From assembly GCA_002787235.1 (NCBI GenBank), contig PCWG01000010.1, positions 13,680 through 77,679 of the forward strand: 64,000 nucleotides of DNA, written 5' to 3'. Numbering within the stretch: the first letter of the stretch is position 1; each line of letters starts with the position of its first letter. The position numbers and the translations under genes are program-made. Shown piece by piece: positions 59,013 through 64,000 of this stretch. Source of the stretch: Nitrospinae bacterium CG11_big_fil_rev_8_21_14_0_20_45_15 (lineage in GTDB: Bacteria; Nitrospinota; Nitrospinia; Nitrospinales; VA-1). Below the pieces are notes generated by a model. It was not told the DNA's origin. It saw nothing but the letters and a program-made list of their open reading frames with translations, and searched no databases.

Positions 59013-59540
59013 TTATTGATTTTTCTCAATGATATCTCTGACTTTAGGATTTTTCATGAGAGCTTGTATATCAGGACTGCGTCCCAGAGTTTCGAGGTCG
59101 CCCTGAGTGATCGCCTTCATGAGATCGGGATTGTTAAGAATATTTTGCATCGCCGGATTATTTTGCAGACTTTCAATGATTCCCACCGTCTCGGGACTTC
59201 CCATCAAACGGTTTTGAATTTGCTGTTGCTCGGCTCGAAGATCGTAGGCTCCACTTCCATTGTTTCCGGCCTTACTACTTGCGGCCGACCCTGAAGAACC
59301 CATCCTCTGAATGTTTAACACCGAATTTTCAGAAAGAGAAATCGTCCCAAGACGTTCCGTTTTCACCCGGTACTCCCCGTCCTCAAACGAAACGATTGTG
59401 CCGACGATAACGGTCCCATCGTCCAATTCAATGCGACTTGAAGTGGACGAAAACGCGACTCCTGTCACCGTCAGACTGGCAATCAGAACCAGTAAAAAAT
59501 ACGGGAGAAATAATTTATTCAGCAGAATTTTTTGCTTCAC
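59013..59540 (-). CDS. Secreted protein with a C-terminal STI1/DP-like helical repeat region
   Basis: 175 aa. GTG start with GGAGAGG 7 nt upstream. Signal/anchor sequence, a beta-rich N-domain, a Gly/Ser linker, then NPAMQNILNNPDLMKAI...PDIQALMKNPKVRDII. Confidence 0.55.
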   Translation of the reverse strand: MKQKILLNKLFLPYFLLVLIASLTVTGVAFSSTSSRIELDDGTVIVGTIVSFEDGEYRVKTERLGTISLSENSVLNIQRMGSSGSAASSKAGNNGSGAYDLRAEQQQIQNRLMGSPETVGIIESLQNNPAMQNILNNPDLMKAITQGDLETLGRSPDIQALMKNPKVRDIIEKNQ

Positions 59541-59769
59541 AAAACAACCTCTCCGACAAAAATTCTCACTGCCAAATAAAATGCAGGGAACAATCGACGG
59601 AATCAGAATTTACAACGTTAATCCGACATAAAATTTAAGTGTAACTTAATTTAGGTAAAATTTAAAATTAAAACCAGACCCATTTCCCACAGCACTCTTT
59701 CTGGCCCCCTTGCAGGCTAAAACATTGCCTGAAGAATCATGCTTATGCTTAGAGATTTGCAACGTTATC

Positions 59770-59778
59770 TGATATAAT
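59770..59778 (+). promoter_or_regulatory. Candidate extended -10 promoter (TGaTATAAT) for a long csrA leader
   Basis: Exact TGnTATAAT on the + strand about 300 nt upstream of the csrA ATG. The -35 region (TTAGAG, 18-bp spacer) is weak. Confidence 0.3.
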
Positions 59779-60077
59779 CAGCTCAGTCCAGTTCTGCCAA
59801 ACTGGAAATTTGATACATTATGTATTCAGCTATTCTATAGCAGGCTGTCGTACTGGGAATATAAGAGTAAACAAGGCCCGTCGAAGTGACTCCATTGCGT
59901 TCTGGAATTTGTCTCAGAGCAACCTGTCGCTTTATGTGCATAGGCCAGCCCAAGGTCGTCAATAACAGATGCTCATCAGCAGGTCTCATTTCGAGTTCGA
60001 CCGAGTTCGACTTTGAACCGAATGTGTCATGACCTGCTATTACAGGGAATTTCCTAAAATTATATTAAGGCTCGCAT

Positions 60078-60317
60078 ATGTTGGTTTTAACGCGAAAAGT
60101 TGGCGAAAGCATAAAGATTAATGACGATATAAAAATAACCGTTATAGAAGTGAAGGGCAAAAATATTCGGATTGGTATCGAAGCCCCCAGTGCCACCAAA
60201 ATATACAGAGAAGAGGTTTTTATCAAGATTCTCGAGGAAAACCAATCCGCGGCGGCAACCCCAAAGGTTGATTTTGGAAAAATTTCTCAACTGATCAAAA
60301 AAAACTTAAAGCCATGA
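60078..60317 (+). CDS. csrA: Carbon storage regulator / translational regulator CsrA
   Basis: 79 aa. MLVLTRKVGESIKINDDIKITVIEVKGKNIRIGIEAPSATKIYREEV is the canonical CsrA fold sequence, with a C-terminal extension. Confidence 0.95.
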   Translation: MLVLTRKVGESIKINDDIKITVIEVKGKNIRIGIEAPSATKIYREEVFIKILEENQSAAATPKVDFGKISQLIKKNLKP

Positions 60318-60775
60318 AATTTGAAACCACTCGTTTTGGTCTTATAGAATACGACGAGGAAGACATTCTTCAATTCCCCGATGGCTTGTATGGCTTCGAA
60401 AGAGAAAAACAATTTGTCCTCATCCCTTTCGATCCCAACATCGACTGTCCGCTGGAATGGATGCAATCCCTGACCACGCCCGGACTGGCCTTTGTCGTCA
60501 CCGATCCTTATCTGTACATGCCTGATTATCGTTGGGTCATGACGCCCGAAGAGGAAAGACGAATCGAATTTTCTGGCGAGGATGAATTAAAAATACTCGT
60601 GATTGTCACTTTGCAGGAAATCTTTACAAACATGACGGGGAATTTTGTAGCCCCCTTAATCCTCAACTCACGCACCCAAAAAGCCAGACAAGTGGTACTG
60701 ACAACGCAGGAATACGATACCCGTCATTACTTGCTTCCTGAAGAAATCCGCAATGCGGGAGTAACCGCAAACTAA
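60314..60775 (+). CDS. fliW: Flagellar assembly factor FliW (CsrA antagonist)
   Basis: 153 aa. FPDGLYGFE, LEWMQS, AFVVTDPY and NFVAPLILN blocks of the FliW family. ATGA overlap with csrA. Confidence 0.9.
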   Translation: MKFETTRFGLIEYDEEDILQFPDGLYGFEREKQFVLIPFDPNIDCPLEWMQSLTTPGLAFVVTDPYLYMPDYRWVMTPEEERRIEFSGEDELKILVIVTLQEIFTNMTGNFVAPLILNSRTQKARQVVLTTQEYDTRHYLLPEEIRNAGVTAN

Positions 60776-61042
60776 CCCGCCGGAGCGGGACAGCAAAGAA
60801 TTTGGATTCAATCCCCACAGTGTCTTTTCACAATCCCTGATTCCCGCAGGCGTTGTCTGCCCTGCCCGCCGGAGCGGGACAGCAAAGAAATTAGATTCAA
60901 TCCCTACAGTGTCTTTTCACAATCCCTGATTCCCGCAGGCGTTGCCTGCCCTGCCCGCCGGAGCGGGACAGCAAAGAAATTAGATTCAATCCCCACAGTG
61001 TCTTTTCACAATCCCTGATTCCCGCAGGCGTTGTCTGCCCTG
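60776..61042 (+). repeat. Three head-to-tail copies of an 89-bp structured repeat
   Basis: Units 60776-60864, 60865-60953 and 60954-61042, each exactly 89 bp. Units 1 and 2 each differ from unit 3 by 2 mismatches. The array starts 1 nt after the fliW TAA and ends inside the 3' end of the convergent ORF 61006..62343. Confidence 0.95.
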
Positions 61043-62343
61043 CCAAAAGCCATCAAGTAGGTTTCAAATTCCTCATAACTGCTGTTCGCATCCGCATAAA
61101 TATAACTCTGTCGCGAAGACGAGTTGAGCGCGAAGTTGACCCTTTGCAGACTTTGACCATCGACGAACATCAATTCAGTCCAAGGCAAATCCGCACAGAA
61201 ATCACGATTGGTTTTGAGGAATTTTATAAAATTCTGAAAACCTTTGACGCACAAATCCGCATGCAAACCTTCCAGATCGCAAACGACTCGCAATTTAGTG
61301 TTATTGTTTTTGGTGTAGCCTTCCAGCTTGATCGCGAGAGATTGATCTTCAGTGATTTTCTTTTTAGTTGGCCGCTTCGCAAACGCTTTCACAATCTGCT
61401 CCGGTGCCAGGTCGAATCTTACCGTCGTGTCAAAATCTCCCCGGATCAACGTATTGAAACGGTGGATTTCCAACTCCCCCCAATGCTGAGACTGGAGAAC
61501 CGGATCCGCACTCGCCACGGCAATATTTTCGGCTCCCCGCAAACATTCTTCATTAGAAACTTCGAGATCGCAAAAGAGTTTGACCACTCCCAGACGGGAT
61601 CGGATGGTTTCTCCAAAGCGTTCCTCCATCGTCTCAAACATTTTTCGACGCGCATCCCAAATCTCGTTTAAATCCGATTCGAGACGCTCATGCATGACTT
61701 GAGGACTTTCCGAAAAACCAATCGACAGAGCATAAGCATCCTGCAAACGACTGGACTCGGGGGTCAAAACCACACTTCTCCATCGTTTAAAACGAGTCTC
61801 ACCGCTAGCCAGAGCCTCAGAAAGACTTTCGTAGCCTTGCAGGCAATGAGTGTTGGAAACCTGCTGATTGCAATACAAATTGACAATGCCCAACTGTGAA
61901 ATAATCTTGTTCTTTAAGGCAACAATCTTCTCGATAAATTCAGCCTGTTCTTCCTGTGAAGGCCTGTCATTTAAAAATTTGATGAGCGTGTCCGCTGAAG
62001 TGTCCCAGGGGATGAGGGCGGTCTGAAATCCACCCGTCCTCAAAAATTCCTGGCTCACCCCAAAGGTATGGTATGGAGAACCTTGCACTTGAGGCAGTGC
62101 CTGCTCCAGAATCCTGGCTCCCTGCAGACATTTTTGTAATAAATCCGACGGGTCTCTATCGATTTTTTTTATAAAAGGGAAACACTCCAGTCCGGTCAAT
62201 CCAAACTGTTTTTCCAAAGATCGTTTTGTATTCAATAGTTCATGAAAACTATTGGGCTGAAGCTCAACAGCCAATGAAGATGCAGGAACAAGCAGTCCAA
62301 AAAAAAAGCAGGAAATTAAAAAAATAAGGAGTCTATGTAACAT
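61006..62343 (-). CDS. Secreted hypothetical protein built from four Cys-pair modules
   Basis: 445 aa with a signal peptide (LLVPASSLAVE). Four modules of about 100 aa, each carrying C-x8-17-C-[LV]-x-G (CNQQVSNTHCLQG, CDLEVSNEECLRG, CDLEGLHADLCVKG, CFPF...QKCLQG). The last 12 codons lie inside repeat unit 3. Confidence 0.65.
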   Translation of the reverse strand: MLHRLLIFLISCFFFGLLVPASSLAVELQPNSFHELLNTKRSLEKQFGLTGLECFPFIKKIDRDPSDLLQKCLQGARILEQALPQVQGSPYHTFGVSQEFLRTGGFQTALIPWDTSADTLIKFLNDRPSQEEQAEFIEKIVALKNKIISQLGIVNLYCNQQVSNTHCLQGYESLSEALASGETRFKRWRSVVLTPESSRLQDAYALSIGFSESPQVMHERLESDLNEIWDARRKMFETMEERFGETIRSRLGVVKLFCDLEVSNEECLRGAENIAVASADPVLQSQHWGELEIHRFNTLIRGDFDTTVRFDLAPEQIVKAFAKRPTKKKITEDQSLAIKLEGYTKNNNTKLRVVCDLEGLHADLCVKGFQNFIKFLKTNRDFCADLPWTELMFVDGQSLQRVNFALNSSSRQSYIYADANSSYEEFETYLMAFGRADNACGNQGL

Positions 62344-62444
62344 GCGATTCCCCTGAAGTGTGGAAGATTAAAACTGGTATTCATGCAGGTTGACCGAAAT
62401 ATATGTGGATTTCAAGGCTTACTTTTTACTGTGGACGAACCAGC

Positions 62445-63539
62445 TCATCGTCCCAAACTGACGCCAATATCTTCCGCACACTGGAGGAGCTGATTTTCTG
62501 ATGTGATCCTGCGAACTTTCCCCGCCAGCTCCGCGAGCGGAACCAACTTGAGTTCAGGAGGACGAAAAGACACCATGTGCCCGAATTCTTTTTCGGCCAA
62601 TGCACGAACCGCGAAGGCCCCCAGTCGTGTCCCCAGAATACGATCGAATGCGTTGGGCGTGCCGCCGCGTTGAGTGTAGCCCAGCACCGTGCATCGAACT
62701 TCGTGTGGGATCTTGTCTTCAATTTCGTTTGCGAGCCAATGCCCGACACCCCCCAACAGATCGGTTCCCTGCAAACGATTTTCTGCCTTTTTTTGGATCA
62801 TGACCGAGCCACCGACTTCGGTCGCACCTTCCGCAATCACAATAACCGTAAAAGGATGTCCTTCAGAATCCCTCGCTCTTATCTTATTAAGAACTGCTTC
62901 AATACTGAAAGGAATTTCAGGAAGTAAAATGATATGCGCCCCGCCGGAAATCCCGGCTTCCAGAGCAATCCAGCCTGCCGAACGTCCCATGACTTCAAGA
63001 ATCATCACACGCTGGTGACTTTTACCTGTGGTGTGCAAGCGGTCCAAAGCATCACAAGCCACTTGAACGGCGGTTTGAAATCCAAAAGAGTACTCGGTAC
63101 CAGAAAGATCGTTGTCGATCGTTTTGGGGACACCCACCACAGGCAAGCCCATTTGAAAAAACTTGTATGCGATTTCCAATGTGCCTTCACCGCCAACCGC
63201 TATCAGACCATCGAGTTCCAGCTTCTCAAAATTTTCTTTGGCTCTTGCCGAAAAATCATGCGTGACGACTTTCCCATCTGCGTCCCGCTCCCTGAAATGA
63301 AACGGATCACCTTTGTTGGACGACCCCAAAAGCGTCCCGCCAAGAGTGAGGAGTTCGCGTGTATTTTCAATCGTCAGTTCCTGCCAGAGATTGTAAATCA
63401 TCCCCTCGAAACCTTTTTCAAAACCTATGATCCGGGCTTGATGATGGATCACGGCCGATCGAGTCACCGCCCGGATCACCGCGTTGAGACCCGAACAATC
63501 ACCACCCCCTGTAAGAATACCAATACGCTTCATAGACAT
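62445..63539 (-). CDS. pfk: 6-phosphofructokinase (ATP- or PPi-dependent; donor not resolvable)
   Basis: 364 aa. GILTGGGDCSGLNAVIR, GGEGT, PKTIDNDL and MGRSAGW motifs of the PFK-A family. Confidence 0.9.
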   Translation of the reverse strand: MSMKRIGILTGGGDCSGLNAVIRAVTRSAVIHHQARIIGFEKGFEGMIYNLWQELTIENTRELLTLGGTLLGSSNKGDPFHFRERDADGKVVTHDFSARAKENFEKLELDGLIAVGGEGTLEIAYKFFQMGLPVVGVPKTIDNDLSGTEYSFGFQTAVQVACDALDRLHTTGKSHQRVMILEVMGRSAGWIALEAGISGGAHIILLPEIPFSIEAVLNKIRARDSEGHPFTVIVIAEGATEVGGSVMIQKKAENRLQGTDLLGGVGHWLANEIEDKIPHEVRCTVLGYTQRGGTPNAFDRILGTRLGAFAVRALAEKEFGHMVSFRPPELKLVPLAELAGKVRRITSENQLLQCAEDIGVSLGR

Positions 63540-63891
63540 GTCACCTTCTTACCCGTTGTTGATATTTTAACATTGGCGTTGCAGAACCCGGTTACGCAAA
63601 TGAATTCCTGAATGTGGCTCGCTCTGAAAATCATACCGCTTAAAAGGAAAATGATCTATCCCAAATTGGAATCACGAAGTGCCCTGAATAGTGGCGTAAA
63701 TAGGAGCCTCCCGGGCGAGGTGGGAGGCGGGCAAATAGAGTTGTCTCTAGAAAAAATTCGCAACTTCTCTTTTGTCAGTTGCCGAACCTAGAGAACGGTA
63801 AGGGGTAAAACTTTTTAAAACAACACGCGTGTTTTTTCTATCCTCCTGCGAAAATTGCAGAAGGATTTGAAATGAAAGCGCAGACTTTCCT

Positions 63892-64000
63892 CTAGGCAGG
63901 TTTGCCGATGAGGTCGTAATCGGCCGTGCCGGTGATGAGGACGGGTATGATTTCGCCAACATTCGCGTCGCATTCTTCAAGAATGACTTGACCATCGATC
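63892..64000 (-). CDS. Partial CDS (3' end only): TRAM-domain C-terminus of a RimO/MiaB-type methylthiotransferase
   Basis: Own translation of the minus strand gives ...IDGQVILEECDANVGEIIPVLITGTADYDLIGKPA*, with stop TAG at 63894..63892. The pattern V-x-I-T-x-A-x-x-YDL-x-G is typical of the RimO TRAM end. It is absent from the ORF track because the start lies outside the window. Confidence 0.5.
   Translation of the reverse strand, partial: IDGQVILEECDANVGEIIPVLITGTADYDLIGKPA

Noticed and set aside
59783-59989. 68-aa minus-strand ORF in the csrA upstream gap
   Set aside because: It has no Shine-Dalgarno and an odd composition. It lies opposite the candidate promoter and leader, so it is treated as a chance ORF.
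59990-60025. tRNA or tmRNA T-arm-like GTTCGA motifs (CGAGTTCGACCGAGTTCGAC)
   Set aside because: No flanking acceptor or anticodon stems and no CCA-adjacent structure could be drawn. The motif is a simple tandem 10-mer.
60776-61017. Open reading frame running through all three repeat units, in frame with fliW (a possible stop-codon read-through extension or repeat-encoded peptide)
   Set aside because: The frame has no start codon. Because 89 is not a multiple of 3, each unit is read in a different frame, so the product would not be a repeat protein. The openness is better explained by the base composition of the repeat. Conservation fits RNA or DNA structure rather than coding.
60776-61042. 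CRISPR array interpretation of the 89-bp repeats
   Set aside because: The units are directly abutting with no unique spacers. At 89 bp the unit is far longer than CRISPR repeats, and no cas genes are present in the window.
63817-63837. AACACGCGTGTT palindrome with flanking A and T tracts as the terminator of the rimO-like gene
   Set aside because: The effective stem is only about 4-8 weak AT-rich pairs once a loop is allowed. It is plausible but not supportable without 3'-end data.
63747-63995. 82-aa minus-strand ORF from the track at the 3' edge
   Set aside because: Its sequence is low-complexity and Ser/Arg-rich. A different minus-strand frame over 63892-64000 gives a convincing TRAM-domain C-terminus (…VLITGTADYDLIGKPA*), so the track ORF is taken as spurious.
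1-64000. Prophage, integrative element, toxin-antitoxin or known defence-system content
   Set aside because: I recognised no integrase, transposase, recombinase, capsid or terminase, restriction-modification, Cas, or typical TA motifs in any supplied translation. The DinG-family helicase looks like the housekeeping Fe-S DinG, not a defence-island variant.

Overview
Chromosomal segment of a diderm (Gram-negative-type) bacterium with roughly mid-range GC by eye, densely packed with about 58 protein-coding genes. I recognised no rRNA, tRNA, CRISPR array, transposase, integrase or phage genes. The backbone is housekeeping: lpxK, a fused eukaryote-type 5-oxoprolinase, dinG, ftsK, nadB, hflX, moaA, a nifU-like/sufBCDSU Fe-S operon, pepN, glnS, trxA, orn, csrA-fliW, pfk and a partial rimO-like gene at the 3' edge. 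Several accessory-looking modules sit between these. (1) Three exactly phased 89-bp tandem repeats start 1 nt after the fliW stop codon. Each carries twin hairpins, one presenting GGA in its loop, and a fourth, inverted copy lies 16 kb away between another convergent gene pair. This is my top candidate for something undescribed: either a CsrA-titrating RNA or a new REP/BIME-like structured element. (2) A MoxR-less Bat-like operon: DUF58, a BatA_N/VWA protein, a transglutaminase-TPR-FGE fusion and a small membrane protein. (3) A co-directional GT2, WecA/MraY-like, TMTC-like GT-C/TPR and kinesin-light-chain-type TPR cassette next to an RNI-type LRR protein. (4) A moaA, three-Cys LarE-like and 2-TM protein operon. 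(5) An orphan AmmeMemoRadiSam radical SAM enzyme downstream of suf. (6) Orphan proteins: a 421-aa cytoplasmic protein and a 445-aa secreted protein built from four Cys-pair modules, whose last 12 codons are encoded by the 89-bp repeat. All product calls come from motifs read in the supplied translations, with no database search. Start codons are often ambiguous and this is noted per feature.
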